NCBI GenBank assembly: GCA_964291415.2
Contig: OZ219917.1
Span: 544,001 to 608,000, forward strand
Length of the DNA stretch: 64,000 nucleotides
Direction of reading: 5' to 3'
Origin: Alphaproteobacteria bacterium
GTDB lineage: Bacteria; Pseudomonadota; Alphaproteobacteria; SP197
Below the pieces are notes generated by a model that was not told the origin of the DNA, did no database searches, and saw only the letters and a list, made by a program, of their open reading frames with translations. Positions 43,066 through 53,330 of the stretch are shown one piece after another (the stretch's first letter is position 1; every line of letters starts with the position of its first letter). The translations under genes and the position numbers were made by a program.

Positions 43066-44082
43066 TCAGGAACCGGGAACGCCTTTCGTCGTCGAGTACT
43101 CGAAGCGAAGTGGCTTGTCGGGCCACACCAGGGAATGGATGTCATGGGCAGCCATGGCGGCTTCGCTGAATCCGGAGAGAATGAGCTTCAGCTTGCCCGG
43201 ATAGGTGACGATGTCACCGATGGCATGGATGCCGGGGGTCGAGGTGACGCACGTCGCCGGATCGACGCTGATGAGGTTCCTCTCAAGGTTGAGCCCCCAG
43301 CAGGCGATGGGTCCCAGTTCCATCCTGAGGCCGTAGAAGGCCAGAAGAAGATCGGCTTCGAGACTCTTCGTGCGGCCGTCGAGATCGGTCACGATGACTC
43401 TCTCGAGGCGTCCATCGCTCCCCTCGAGTCCGTGAAGCTGCCAGGGTACCACCCGTTCGACGTCGCCGGATTCGACGAGCGCCTCGAAGCGGCGCACCGT
43501 CTCGGGCGCCGCCCGGAAACGGTTGCGGCGGTGCACCACCTGGATGCGCGCGGCGATGCCGTTGAGGGCCAGCACCCAGTCGAGAGCGGAATCGCCGCCG
43601 CCGGCGATCACCACGTTCTTGCCCCGGTGGTCTTCCTTGCGCGTCACGAGATAGGCGACGGATCCCTTTTCCTCGAAGGCCTCGATACCGGCAATCGGTG
43701 GCCGGTTGGGCCCGAAGGCGCCGCATCCGGCGGCGATGATGACAGCCTTGCAGGCGATGACCGTGCCGGTGGACGTCGTGACGGTGAACGCGCCGGCCTC
43801 GCCAGCGAGACGGACAACCTGCTGATCGAGGTGGTACACCGGCGAGAAGGGGGCCGCCTGGCGTTCGAGACGGTCGATCAGGCCCCGGGCCTCGACCACG
43901 GGGAGGGCCGGGATGTCGTAGATCGGCTTTTCCGGATAGAGCGCGGTGCACTGGCCGCCGATGGCATCGAGGGTGTCGACCACGTGGCACTGCATGTCGA
44001 GCATGCCCGCCTCGAACACCTGGAAGAGCCCTACGGGTCCGGCTCCGACAATGACAATGTCGGTCTCGTGCGATGTGTGCAT
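43066..44082 (-). CDS. Ferredoxin--NADP reductase, TrxB-like (YumC type)
   Basis: GAGPVGLF, GGQCTALYPEKPIYDIP, GGGDSALDW, YPGKLKLILSGFSE. Confidence 0.92.
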   Translation of the reverse strand: MHTSHETDIVIVGAGPVGLFQVFEAGMLDMQCHVVDTLDAIGGQCTALYPEKPIYDIPALPVVEARGLIDRLERQAAPFSPVYHLDQQVVRLAGEAGAFTVTTSTGTVIACKAVIIAAGCGAFGPNRPPIAGIEAFEEKGSVAYLVTRKEDHRGKNVVIAGGGDSALDWVLALNGIAARIQVVHRRNRFRAAPETVRRFEALVESGDVERVVPWQLHGLEGSDGRLERVIVTDLDGRTKSLEADLLLAFYGLRMELGPIACWGLNLERNLISVDPATCVTSTPGIHAIGDIVTYPGKLKLILSGFSEAAMAAHDIHSLVWPDKPLRFEYSTTKGVPGS

Positions 44083-44159
44083 GGCCGGTATCCTGTCCAC
44101 GGGTCTCTTAAGGCTTACCCGAAGGCGGCTGGCGGGAACAACCCGGCAGGGGATTCTCC

Positions 44160-45146
44160 ATGAGCGCCGTGCGAGAGAACGAGATCAGGGAGTTCCTGCA
44201 ACGCTGCGGCTGGGGCGATGCCCGGCGCTGTCCAATTCCCGGAGATGCCTCCTTCCGCCGCTACCAGCGGCTCGAGGGGGCGAGGGGCCGGGCCGTGCTC
44301 ATGGATGCGTCGCCCGATGTCGAGGATGTCAGGCCCTTTGTGCGTATGGCCCGCCACCTCGTCGCTGTCGGCCTTTCTGCCCCGGCCATCCTGGCAGGCG
44401 ACGTCACGAGGGGTTTCCTTCTCCTCGAGGATCTTGGCGATGATCTCTACAATCGCATTCTCGACAAGGGCGCCGACGAAGGACTTCTCTATCGTGCCGC
44501 CGTGGAGGCCCTGGTCGAGCTCCACAGGACGCCGATTCCCGAGGACCTTCCTTCCTACAGCGACGATCTCTTTCTCTTCGAGGTCTCGCTCGTGACCGAC
44601 TGGTTCATGCCGCTTGCCGGTCTCGAGATCAGCCGCGCCGGTCGCGACGACTTCCTCGACCTGTGGCGCGATCTGTTGCCGCTGGCGCGCCGGGTGCCCG
44701 CGTGCGTGGTCTTGAGGGACTATCACGCCGACAACCTCCTGTGGCTGCCGGCGCGTGACGGCGTGGCACGGGTGGGCCAGCTCGATTTCCAGGATGCGGT
44801 TGCCGGTCCGGTGACCTACGACATCGTCTCGCTGCTCGAGGACGTCAGGAGGAGCGTCTCCCCGGAGACCGTGGAGATGTGCAGGGCCCGTTACCTCGAC
44901 CTGATGCCGCATATCGAGCCTGAGGCCTTCGCCACATCCGCGACGATCATGACGGCCCAGCGCAATCTGAAGATCGCCGGCATCTTCAGCCGCCTGCTGG
45001 GACGCGACGGCAAGGCGGCCTACCAGCAATTCATGCCGAGGACCTGGGCGCTTGTCACCGACAGCCTCGCCAGCCGCCACCTGGCGCCGCTGGCCGCATG
45101 GCTCGATCGCTGGATTCCACCGCAGGCGCGGCGAGCCGTGACATGA
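44160..45146 (+). CDS. amgK: Anomeric MurNAc/GlcNAc kinase (APH family)
   Basis: GDASFRRYQR, LLEDLGD, RDYHADNL, LDFQDA, YDIVSLLED; coupled to a murU-like gene. Confidence 0.85.
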   Translation: MSAVRENEIREFLQRCGWGDARRCPIPGDASFRRYQRLEGARGRAVLMDASPDVEDVRPFVRMARHLVAVGLSAPAILAGDVTRGFLLLEDLGDDLYNRILDKGADEGLLYRAAVEALVELHRTPIPEDLPSYSDDLFLFEVSLVTDWFMPLAGLEISRAGRDDFLDLWRDLLPLARRVPACVVLRDYHADNLLWLPARDGVARVGQLDFQDAVAGPVTYDIVSLLEDVRRSVSPETVEMCRARYLDLMPHIEPEAFATSATIMTAQRNLKIAGIFSRLLGRDGKAAYQQFMPRTWALVTDSLASRHLAPLAAWLDRWIPPQARRAVT

Positions 45147-45874
45147 CGGCCCCGAAACGCGCCATGATCCTGGCCGCGGGGCGGGGGGAGCGCATGCGGC
45201 CGCTGACCGATCGCATGCCCAAGCCCGTCATTCCCGTCGCCGGACGTTCCGCTCTTGACCGCATGCTGGACAGGCTTGCCGGCTTTGAGCGTGTGGTGGT
45301 CAACGCCTGTCATCTTGCGGAAAAAATCGAGGTGGCAGTGGCCGCTCGGCGCGACCCACCGGTGATCGTGGTGCGCGAGGAGCGGGTTCTCGGCACCGGT
45401 GGCGGGGTGGCGAACGCCCTTGGACTCCTCGGTGAAGAGCCCTTTCTCGTCGCCAACGGCGATGTCTTTCTCACCGAATCGCCCGGCCAGGCGGTCCTGG
45501 AGACCCTGGTCGGGGCATGGGATGGCGACAGCACGGACGCCCTGCTGCTGCTGGTGGAAAGGGAGCGAGCCCGGGGATACCGCTATGCGGGAGACTTTTC
45601 CATGACGGGCGGGAACCGTCTTGTCGCACGGGGTGGGCGGGACTCCGCGCCCTTTGTCTACGCCAGCGTGCAGATCGTCCACCCCCGGCTCCTCGAGGGA
45701 GCGCCCGAAGGCGCCTTCTCCTTCACTCTTCTGTGGAACCGGGCCGCCCGGCGCGGCAGGCTCCGAGGCGTGGTGTGGGGTGGCGGCTGGATGACCGTCG
45801 ATACCATCGACAATCTGGCCGCGGCCGGTGACTGGCTTGCCGGACCGGACATGAACCATGAACAGGTGGTTTGA
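45143..45874 (+). CDS. murU: MurNAc-1-phosphate uridylyltransferase
   Basis: AMILAAGRGERMRPLT..PKP, TGGGV, NGD; follows amgK. Confidence 0.85.
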   Translation: MTAPKRAMILAAGRGERMRPLTDRMPKPVIPVAGRSALDRMLDRLAGFERVVVNACHLAEKIEVAVAARRDPPVIVVREERVLGTGGGVANALGLLGEEPFLVANGDVFLTESPGQAVLETLVGAWDGDSTDALLLLVERERARGYRYAGDFSMTGGNRLVARGGRDSAPFVYASVQIVHPRLLEGAPEGAFSFTLLWNRAARRGRLRGVVWGGGWMTVDTIDNLAAAGDWLAGPDMNHEQVV

Positions 45875-45967
45875 CCGGTCGGCTTGACGGGCACCGTTGC
45901 GCTTCTAGATTCTTGAAGGGTGCGCCACCACAACACACAACAGGTGCACGTCTCGGAAGGGGAGCCC

Positions 45968-46288
45968 ATGAACATTCGTCACGTCACCGATGATTCTTTC
46001 GAGGAGGACGTTCTCAAGGCGCCCGGGCCCGTTCTGGTCGATTTCTGGGCCGAATGGTGCGGTCCGTGCAAGCAGATCGCGCCGGCGCTCGAGGACGTTG
46101 CCCGGCGTTACCAGGACAAGGTCCAGGTGGTGAAGGTCAACATCGACGAAAATCCGTCCACGCCGTCACGCTACGGTGTGCGCGGCATCCCGACGATCAT
46201 GATGTTCAAGGCCGGAGAGGTGGCAGCAGTCAAGGTGGGAGCGCTGCCGAAGAGCCGGCTCTTCGAGTGGGTCGACAGTTCCATGTGA
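45968..46288 (+). CDS. trxA: Thioredoxin
   Basis: [16 protein letters not shown]; GGAG RBS. Confidence 0.97.
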   Translation: MNIRHVTDDSFEEDVLKAPGPVLVDFWAEWCGPCKQIAPALEDVARRYQDKVQVVKVNIDENPSTPSRYGVRGIPTIMMFKAGEVAAVKVGALPKSRLFEWVDSSM

Positions 46289-46317
46289 GACGCCGCTTGA
46301 CGCCGGCAGAACGGGCC

Positions 46318-47637
46318 ATGACCGGACATCCGGATGTTCCGGATGCACGGTGGATCGATGTCCTGATTCCCGACATGTGGGGGATCCCCCGTGGCAAGCG
46401 CCTTGCCGCTTCGGCCATGGAGAAGCTCCTGACGACGGGGATCGTGCTTCCCGGGTCCACCTATGCGATGGACATGCAGGGCAACAACGTCGAGAGCACC
46501 GGTTTGGGTTTCGCCGACGGCGATCCCGACTACCCCTGCCATGCTGTCACCGGAACGCTGGCCCCGGTGCCGTGGCTGGGCGCCGATCATGCCCAGGTCA
46601 TGCTGTCGATGAGCGATGCCGCCGACCGGCCCTGGTGGCTCGATCCGCGTCATGTCGTCGAACGCATGGCCACGTCTCTCGAAGCGCTGGGGTACCGGGC
46701 CAGGGTCGCCTTCGAACTGGAGTTCTACCTTGTCGAACGCGACGGTGACGGCACGTTGCATCCGGCGCCACCGCCTGGCAGCAGTAAGCGGCCGTCGCAG
46801 ACCCAGGTCTACCTGATGGAGGATGTCGAGGCCTATGGCCCGGTCCTCGACGACATGGTGACGACATGCCGCAGGCAGAACATTCCGGCTGACGTCATCA
46901 CCATGGAGTATGCGCCGGCACAGTTCGAGATCAACCTGCACTACGGCGACGATCCCGTGACCGCCTGCGATCACGCCTTCCTGATGAAGCGCGCCATCAA
47001 GGCCGTCGCCAGGTCGCACGGCATGACCGCGACATTCATGGCGCGGCCGTTCGAGGGCCTCTCTGCCAGCGGTACGCATGTCCACATCTCGCTCCTCGAC
47101 GACGAGGGGCGCAATGTGTTCGACGACGGCAGCGACGAGGGAAGCGATCTCATGCGTCACGCCGTTGCCGGTCTCGCAAAGACGATGGCCGAGGCGATGC
47201 CGGTCTGGGCGCCCGGAGCCAACTCCTACAGGCGCCTGGCGCCGGGCGGCTGGGTGTCGCTGGCGGCAAGCTGGGGCTACAACAACCGCGACGTATCCCT
47301 GCGCATCCCCGGCGGCCTGGCCTCGGGTCGCAGGATCGAACACCGCACCGCCGGCGCCGATGCCAACCCCTACCTCGTCCTGGCGGCGATCCTTGCCGGT
47401 TTGCACCACGGCCTCTCGAACCGGCTGGATCCGGGTCCGCCGGCCGGCGATGACGCAGCCGCCCTGCCGGTGTTCTGGCTCGATGCTCTTCGTTCCTTCG
47501 ATCAGGCCGACGTTCTTCCCGGGTACTTCACGCGAGAGTGGTGGCGGGTCTACAGCGCCCTGGCATGGTCGGAGTTCCACACCTTCAACGGCCACGTCAC
47601 GACGCTGGAACACGACCGCTTCCTCACCCTTGTGTGA
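46318..47637 (+). CDS. Glutamine synthetase-family protein (PuuA/PauA-like gamma-glutamylamine ligase)
   Basis: PRGKRL, GDPD, ELEFYL, EYAPAQFEINL, SGTHVHISL, NSYRRL, WGYNNR, RIEHR.AGADANPYL. Confidence 0.88.
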   Translation: MTGHPDVPDARWIDVLIPDMWGIPRGKRLAASAMEKLLTTGIVLPGSTYAMDMQGNNVESTGLGFADGDPDYPCHAVTGTLAPVPWLGADHAQVMLSMSDAADRPWWLDPRHVVERMATSLEALGYRARVAFELEFYLVERDGDGTLHPAPPPGSSKRPSQTQVYLMEDVEAYGPVLDDMVTTCRRQNIPADVITMEYAPAQFEINLHYGDDPVTACDHAFLMKRAIKAVARSHGMTATFMARPFEGLSASGTHVHISLLDDEGRNVFDDGSDEGSDLMRHAVAGLAKTMAEAMPVWAPGANSYRRLAPGGWVSLAASWGYNNRDVSLRIPGGLASGRRIEHRTAGADANPYLVLAAILAGLHHGLSNRLDPGPPAGDDAAALPVFWLDALRSFDQADVLPGYFTREWWRVYSALAWSEFHTFNGHVTTLEHDRFLTLV

Positions 47638-47646
47638 CCCCTCCGG

Positions 47647-48951
47647 TCAGCCGTTGGCCTCGAGAACCCGTCCGGCGAGGTAGAGGGATCCGCAGATCAG
47701 AACCCGTGACCGTTCGCCCCGAGGGTCGGCAAGGTGGGAGATGGCCTGCCGGACGTCGGCCGCGACCGCGGCTGACACGCCTTCCGTCTCGAGAACGGCG
47801 CGGGTCGCGTCGGCGTCAAGGGTGTTCCGTTCTCCCGGGATGGAGACGGCGACAGCGCGCCGGATGAGGGGCGCCAGGGGGCGGATGAACCCCGCCGGGT
47901 CCTTCGTGTTCATCATGCCGATGATCACGTCGAGCGGACGGTCGCACCAGGTGCGCGCCATGTCGGCGAGGACGGAACCGGCCGCCGGATTGTGGCCACC
48001 GTCGAGCCACAGTTCCTGCCCATCGCCCAGTCGGTCGACCAGGTGTCCCGATTCCAGGCGCTGCAGACGCGCCGGCCATCGGGCCTGCAGCATGCCCGCT
48101 GCGAGAGCCTCCTGATCAGGTGCCAGGCGGCCGGTGAGGCCAAGGGCGACGACGGCGGTTGCCGCGTTGGCCAGCTGATGCCGGCCGGCCAGCGCCGGTG
48201 CCGGCAGGACGAACCGCCTTCCCCCGGATCGCGCCACCTCGAAGCGGCCTCGGGATTCTCCGCGAAAGGTGAAATCGCGGCCCGCCACGACGGCCGGGGC
48301 ACCCATCGCGGCGGCCCTCCCGACAAGGACCTTCATGGCTTCATCGTCCTGGGGAGCGATGACGACGGGAACGCCGCTCTTGATGATTCCCGCCTTTTCG
48401 CCGGCGATGGCGGCAAGCGTGTTGCCGAGAAACTGCTGGTGATCCAGCGACACCGGCGTGATCACCGAGACCAGAGGCTTGTCGATGACGTTGGTGGCAT
48501 CGAGTCTGCCGCCGAGTCCGGTCTCGAGAAGAACGATATCCGCCGGTTCCCGGGCAAACCCCAGGTAGGCGGCGGCCGTGGTGATCTCGAAGAAGGTGAT
48601 CGGCTCGTTGCGGTTGGCAACCTCGCATTCCTCGAGCAGGGCCATGAGTCGATCCTCCTCGATCACCTGCCCGGCAATCTCGATTCGCTCGTGGAAACGC
48701 ACGAGGTGAGGGGATGTGTAGACGTGGACCGTGTGCCCGGCCGCCATGAGTGCCGCCCGCATGTAGGCGATGACCGATCCCTTGCCGTTGGTGCCGGCCA
48801 CATGGACGACGGGGGGCAGATGACGATGCGGCTGGCCGAGGTGTTCGAGAAGTCGGTGGAGGCGGTCGAGTGAAAGGTCGATGAGCTTTGGATGAAGCTG
48901 CATCAACCTTTCGAGAACGACATCACTTCCCGCCTGGGTGCTGTTCGGCAT
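47647..48951 (-). CDS. folC: Folylpolyglutamate/dihydrofolate synthase
   Basis: HVAGTNGKGS, YTSPHL, ETGLGGRLDATN, LDGGHN, GSLYLAG; exact start uncertain. Confidence 0.95.
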   Translation of the reverse strand: MPNSTQAGSDVVLERLMQLHPKLIDLSLDRLHRLLEHLGQPHRHLPPVVHVAGTNGKGSVIAYMRAALMAAGHTVHVYTSPHLVRFHERIEIAGQVIEEDRLMALLEECEVANRNEPITFFEITTAAAYLGFAREPADIVLLETGLGGRLDATNVIDKPLVSVITPVSLDHQQFLGNTLAAIAGEKAGIIKSGVPVVIAPQDDEAMKVLVGRAAAMGAPAVVAGRDFTFRGESRGRFEVARSGGRRFVLPAPALAGRHQLANAATAVVALGLTGRLAPDQEALAAGMLQARWPARLQRLESGHLVDRLGDGQELWLDGGHNPAAGSVLADMARTWCDRPLDVIIGMMNTKDPAGFIRPLAPLIRRAVAVSIPGERNTLDADATRAVLETEGVSAAVAADVRQAISHLADPRGERSRVLICGSLYLAGRVLEANG

Positions 48952-49831
48952 CGCTCGCCGCCGGTTGCGGAAGCTGCCGGGATGTCGCCGGCATGAGGTG
49001 ACTGAGCAGGGTGGCGATGGTGTCGCGCATCTTCGGACGTGCCACCACCATGTCGAGCATGCCGTGCTCGAGGAGGTACTCCGAGCGCTGGAATCCGTCC
49101 GGCAGCTCTTCCCGGATGGTCTCGCGGATGACGCGAGCCCCGGCAAATCCGATGATGGCGCCGGGCTCCGCGATGGAGACGTCGCCCAGCATGGCAAAGG
49201 AAGCGGTCACGCCGCCGGTCGTCGGATTGGTGAGTACGCTGATGTAGGGAAGGCCGGCATCCTTGACCTGGGCGATCGCGGTCGTTGTACGCGCCATCTG
49301 CATGAGCGACAGGATGCCTTCCTGCATGCGTGCGCCTCCCGAAGCGGAGAAGATGATGAGGGCGCTGCGCTCGTCAACGGCGAGTCTGGCGGCCTCGACG
49401 ATGGCTTCTCCGAGGCCCATTCCCATGGAGCCGCCCATGAAGTCGAAATTGAAGACGGCGACCACGGCAGGCCGGCCGCCGATCATGCCATGGGCGACGA
49501 CGATGGCTTCGTGATGGCCGGTCTTCCCCTGGGCTTCCTTCAGCCGGTCCGAATAGCGTTTCCGGTCGCGAAATCGCAACGGATCGGAGGCCACGCCGGG
49601 AAGGTCGACGTCGGTCCACGTGCCGTCGTCAAGGATGTGCTGCAGGCGGTCGCGGGGCGCGATGCGCATGTGGTAGCCGCAGCGTGGACAGACATTCCGC
49701 GACTCCTCGAGATCGCGGCCGAACACCATCTGGTCACAGCTCGGACACTTGTCCCACAGCGTCTCCTCGCTCGGTGTCCTGCCGACAAGGTCGCGGATCT
49801 TCGGCAGGGTGAGATTCGACAGCCAGTTCAT
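48923..49831 (-). CDS. accD: Acetyl-CoA carboxylase carboxyltransferase beta
   Basis: MNW, Zn ribbon CPSC...[31 protein letters not shown]. Confidence 0.97.
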   Translation of the reverse strand: MNWLSNLTLPKIRDLVGRTPSEETLWDKCPSCDQMVFGRDLEESRNVCPRCGYHMRIAPRDRLQHILDDGTWTDVDLPGVASDPLRFRDRKRYSDRLKEAQGKTGHHEAIVVAHGMIGGRPAVVAVFNFDFMGGSMGMGLGEAIVEAARLAVDERSALIIFSASGGARMQEGILSLMQMARTTTAIAQVKDAGLPYISVLTNPTTGGVTASFAMLGDVSIAEPGAIIGFAGARVIRETIREELPDGFQRSEYLLEHGMLDMVVARPKMRDTIATLLSHLMPATSRQLPQPAASDAEQHPGGK

Positions 49832-50655
49832 GCCCGTGCCTTGCGGACATCATGAGAAATCGCTTCGCACAGCGTCAGGGCGTTGTCGACGCAGGCATCA
49901 GTCCCCCTGCCGTCGTCAAGGCCGTCGGCCACGGCCTGGCAGAACGCCGAGCCGACAACCACCGCGTCTGCGATACGGGCGATGCCGGCCGCCTGTTCGC
50001 CGTTCCTGATGCCAAATCCAACGGCGACAGGCAGGTCCGTGTGGCGACGCAGGCGGTCGACCGCGGAAGCAATGGTCTGGCGGGTTGCCGCATGGGTGCC
50101 GGTGATGCCGGTGATCGAGACGTAGTAGACAAACCCGGAAGCGTGGGCGAGGACACTGGGCAGGCGCTTCGAGTCGGTGGTCGGCGTCGCGAGGCGTATC
50201 CAGTTGAGTCCGGCCTCGACGGCGGGAAGACAGAGTTCCCGGTCTTCCTCGCTCGGCAGATCGACGAGGATGAGGCCGTCAACACCGGCATCGACGGCGT
50301 CCGTGAGGAAGGCATCGTTGCCGTAGGAATGAATAGGGTTGTAGTACCCCATGAGAACGATGGGTGTGTCGTCGTCATGCCGCCGGGCCTGACGCACGAT
50401 GTCGATGGTGCCGGCCAGAGTCATGCCGGCCTTGAGCGCCCGCTGCGAGGAGGCCTGGATAACCGGTCCGTCCGCCATGGGATCGGTGAAGGGCATGCCG
50501 ATCTCGATGATGTCGGCTCCGGCTCCGGGCAGACCGGCGACAAGACGCGCCGAGAAATGCGGATCCGGATCCCCGGCCGTCACGAAGGCGGCCAGTCCGG
50601 CCCGCCGTTGCCTCGCCAGTTCGGCAAAGCGCCTGTCAATGCGTGTGTCGCTCAC
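49828..50655 (-). CDS. trpA: Tryptophan synthase alpha
   Basis: [33 protein letters not shown]; GTG start overlaps the trpB stop. Confidence 0.97.
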   Translation of the reverse strand: MSDTRIDRRFAELARQRRAGLAAFVTAGDPDPHFSARLVAGLPGAGADIIEIGMPFTDPMADGPVIQASSQRALKAGMTLAGTIDIVRQARRHDDDTPIVLMGYYNPIHSYGNDAFLTDAVDAGVDGLILVDLPSEEDRELCLPAVEAGLNWIRLATPTTDSKRLPSVLAHASGFVYYVSITGITGTHAATRQTIASAVDRLRRHTDLPVAVGFGIRNGEQAAGIARIADAVVVGSAFCQAVADGLDDGRGTDACVDNALTLCEAISHDVRKARA

Positions 50656-51860
50656 AGGTTTACGCCCAGAGCCCGGGCGACGGTGAACACGTCCTTGTCG
50701 CCCCTGCCGCACATGTTCATGCAGATGACATGATCGCTGGGGAGCGCTGGCGCGATCTTCATGACATGGGCCAGCGCATGGGCAGGTTCGAGAGCCGGGA
50801 TGATTCCCTCGAGGCGGGAACACAGGCGGAAGGCCTCGAGAGCCTCATCGTCCGTGGCCGACACGTAGCTCACCCGTCCCTGGTCCGCCAGCCACGCGTG
50901 CTCGGGGCCGATTCCCGGGTAGTCAAGGCCCGCCGAGATCGAGTGGGCCTCGATGATCTGTCCGTCATCGTCCTGCAGGAGGTAGGTCCGGTTGCCGTGC
51001 AGGACACCCGGCCGGCCGCCGGTGATCGATGCCGCGTGCTCGCCGCTGTCGATGCCACGTCCGGCAGCCTCAACGCCGATGATTTCGACGGTCCGGTCAT
51101 CGAGAAACGGATGAAACAGGCCCATGGCGTTCGATCCGCCGCCGATGCAGGCGACAACCGTGTCGGGCAGGCGCCCTTCGACGGCCATCAACTGCTCCTT
51201 CGCCTCGCGACCGATAATCGCCTGGAATTCGCGCACGAGTTCCGGGTAGGGGTGAGGGCCGGCCACGGTGCCGATGATGTAGAAGGTCGACTCGACGTTG
51301 GTCACCCAGTCGCGCAAGGCCTCGTTGAGGGCGTCCTTGAGGCTGCGGGAACCGGACGTCACATGGCGGACCTCGGCGCCAAGAAGCTCCATGCGGTAGA
51401 CATTGGGTGCCTGTCGCTCGACATCCTTGGTCCCCATGTAGACGACGCAGGGAAGGTCGTAGCGGGCGCACACCGTTGCCGTCGCCACGCCGTGCTGGCC
51501 CGCTCCGGTTTCGGCGATGATCCGGGTCTTGCCCATGCGCCGGGCCAGGAGAATCTGGCCCACCGTGTTGTTGATCTTGTGGGAACCGGTGTGATTGAGT
51601 TCGTCGCGCTTGAAGTAGATGCGGGCGCCGCCAAGGTGCCGGGTCAGCCGTTCGGCGAAGTAGAGCGGGCTGGGCCGGCCGATGTAGTCCTTTCCCAGGC
51701 CGTGGAACTCCTCCCAGAACGCCGGGTCGCCGCGTGCCTCCTGCCAGGTACGGTCCAGGTCCAGAACGAGCGGCATCAGCGTTTCGGCGACATAGCGTCC
51801 GCCGTACATGCCGAAGTGACCGTCCTGGTCCGGACCCTGGCTGTATGAATTGTCCGTCAT
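50652..51860 (-). CDS. trpB: Tryptophan synthase beta
   Basis: [39 protein letters not shown]. Confidence 0.98.
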   Translation of the reverse strand: MTDNSYSQGPDQDGHFGMYGGRYVAETLMPLVLDLDRTWQEARGDPAFWEEFHGLGKDYIGRPSPLYFAERLTRHLGGARIYFKRDELNHTGSHKINNTVGQILLARRMGKTRIIAETGAGQHGVATATVCARYDLPCVVYMGTKDVERQAPNVYRMELLGAEVRHVTSGSRSLKDALNEALRDWVTNVESTFYIIGTVAGPHPYPELVREFQAIIGREAKEQLMAVEGRLPDTVVACIGGGSNAMGLFHPFLDDRTVEIIGVEAAGRGIDSGEHAASITGGRPGVLHGNRTYLLQDDDGQIIEAHSISAGLDYPGIGPEHAWLADQGRVSYVSATDDEALEAFRLCSRLEGIIPALEPAHALAHVMKIAPALPSDHVICMNMCGRGDKDVFTVARALGVNL

Positions 51861-51899
51861 CGTTGGTCTCATCCGGGGGCGAACCCGGCACAATGGATA

Positions 51900-52541
51900 T
51901 CAGATAACCCGGGCCTGCTCCATAAACTCGGCGATGCGCGAGGCAGACTTGTGTCCGGGCGACGTCTCGACGCCCGACGATACGTCGACCAAGGTTGCCC
52001 CGCTGGTCTCCACGGCCCGGTGAAGGTTGCCGGCGTCGAGACCACCCGAGAGGATCCACGGCGACCGCAGCCGGATGCCGGCCAGCAGTGTCCAGTCGAA
52101 GGCGGTCGCGTTGCCTCCCGGACGCGTCGCGTCCCGGGGCGGCATGGCGTCGAACATGACCATGTCGGCCGCGGCGTCAAAGGACGGCAGGGATCCCAGG
52201 TCGTCGGCCGTCGCCACGCGAATGACCTTCATCACCCGGACACCGAATTGCGTGCGCACCTGGGCGAGTCGCCGGGCATCTTCGCTGCCGTGAAACTGGA
52301 TGGTATCCAGTTCAGCTGCCGTGATCGCGGCGCCGAGCCCGTCGTCACCGGCATCGACAGTGACGCCGACCTTCTCGATCCCTTCGGGCACCAGGCGTGC
52401 CAGGGCGGCGACGTCGTCGAGGGACACGTTTCGCGGGCTCCTGTCGAAGAAGACGAATCCGACCATGCGCGCGCCGTGGCGCACGGCCGCATCGAGGGCG
52501 GGCCGCTCCCTCAGGCCACAGATCTTGACACCGACGGCCAC
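51900..52541 (-). CDS. trpF: Phosphoribosylanthranilate isomerase
   Basis: VKICGL, SPRNV, QFHGSE, GGNATAFDW, LSGGL, VDVSSGVE. Confidence 0.95.
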   Translation of the reverse strand: MAVGVKICGLRERPALDAAVRHGARMVGFVFFDRSPRNVSLDDVAALARLVPEGIEKVGVTVDAGDDGLGAAITAAELDTIQFHGSEDARRLAQVRTQFGVRVMKVIRVATADDLGSLPSFDAAADMVMFDAMPPRDATRPGGNATAFDWTLLAGIRLRSPWILSGGLDAGNLHRAVETSGATLVDVSSGVETSPGHKSASRIAEFMEQARVI

Positions 52542-52543
52542 GG

Positions 52544-53257
52544 TCAGGCCCGGCTCATGTCGGCGACGATTCGTGCCGCGGCCGCAGCCGGGTCCGGGGC
52601 CCGGGTGATCGGGCGCCCGACGACAATGAAGGAAGCGCCGGCGGTCATGGCGTCCCCGGGAGACATGGTGCGCTTCTGGTCGTCGCAACCGTCACCTCCA
52701 GGGCGGATGCCGGGAGTGACGACAAGGAACCCGGGTCCGCAAAGATGGCGCACCTCGGCGACTTCACGGGGTGAGCACACCACGCCATCGACACCGGCGT
52801 CGATGGCAAGTTCGGTGAGACGCAACACCTGGTCACGCACGCTGCCGCGCCCGCCGGTCGCTTCGACGTCGCCATCATCCATGCTGGTGAGCACGGTGAC
52901 GGCCAGTACGTTCGGCCGTGCGTCTCCTGCCGGCGCCACGGCGTCCATGGCGGCCCGCATCATGTCCGGCCCGCCGGTTGCGTGAACTGTCGTCATGAAG
53001 GGAGCGAGGGGCAGGAGGGCGCGCAACCCTCCGGCCACGGTTGCCGGGATGTCGTTCAGCTTGAGATCAAGAAAGATCCGGCTCTCGTCGCCGGCGACCG
53101 TCCGGACGCCCGCCACGCCGTGGGCATAGAAGAACTCCATGCCGAACTTGAAGGCCCCGACATGACCCTCCAGACGGGAGACCAGGGATGACGCCCTTTC
53201 GGCGCATGTGGTGTCGATGGCACAGACGAGGTGCTTCCTGGGGTCAGGCGTTTCCAT
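52544..53257 (-). CDS. pyrF: Orotidine 5'-phosphate decarboxylase
   Basis: FLDLKLNDIPATV, VTVLTS, TPGIR, DDQKR, VVGRPIT. Confidence 0.96.
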   Translation of the reverse strand: METPDPRKHLVCAIDTTCAERASSLVSRLEGHVGAFKFGMEFFYAHGVAGVRTVAGDESRIFLDLKLNDIPATVAGGLRALLPLAPFMTTVHATGGPDMMRAAMDAVAPAGDARPNVLAVTVLTSMDDGDVEATGGRGSVRDQVLRLTELAIDAGVDGVVCSPREVAEVRHLCGPGFLVVTPGIRPGGDGCDDQKRTMSPGDAMTAGASFIVVGRPITRAPDPAAAAARIVADMSRA

Positions 53258-53330
53258 GTTGCCCTCCGTCCAATTGTCGAGGGGCGAGCGTCTTGTAGGA
53301 CGCACGGGACAACGGCGCAAGATGGTCCCG

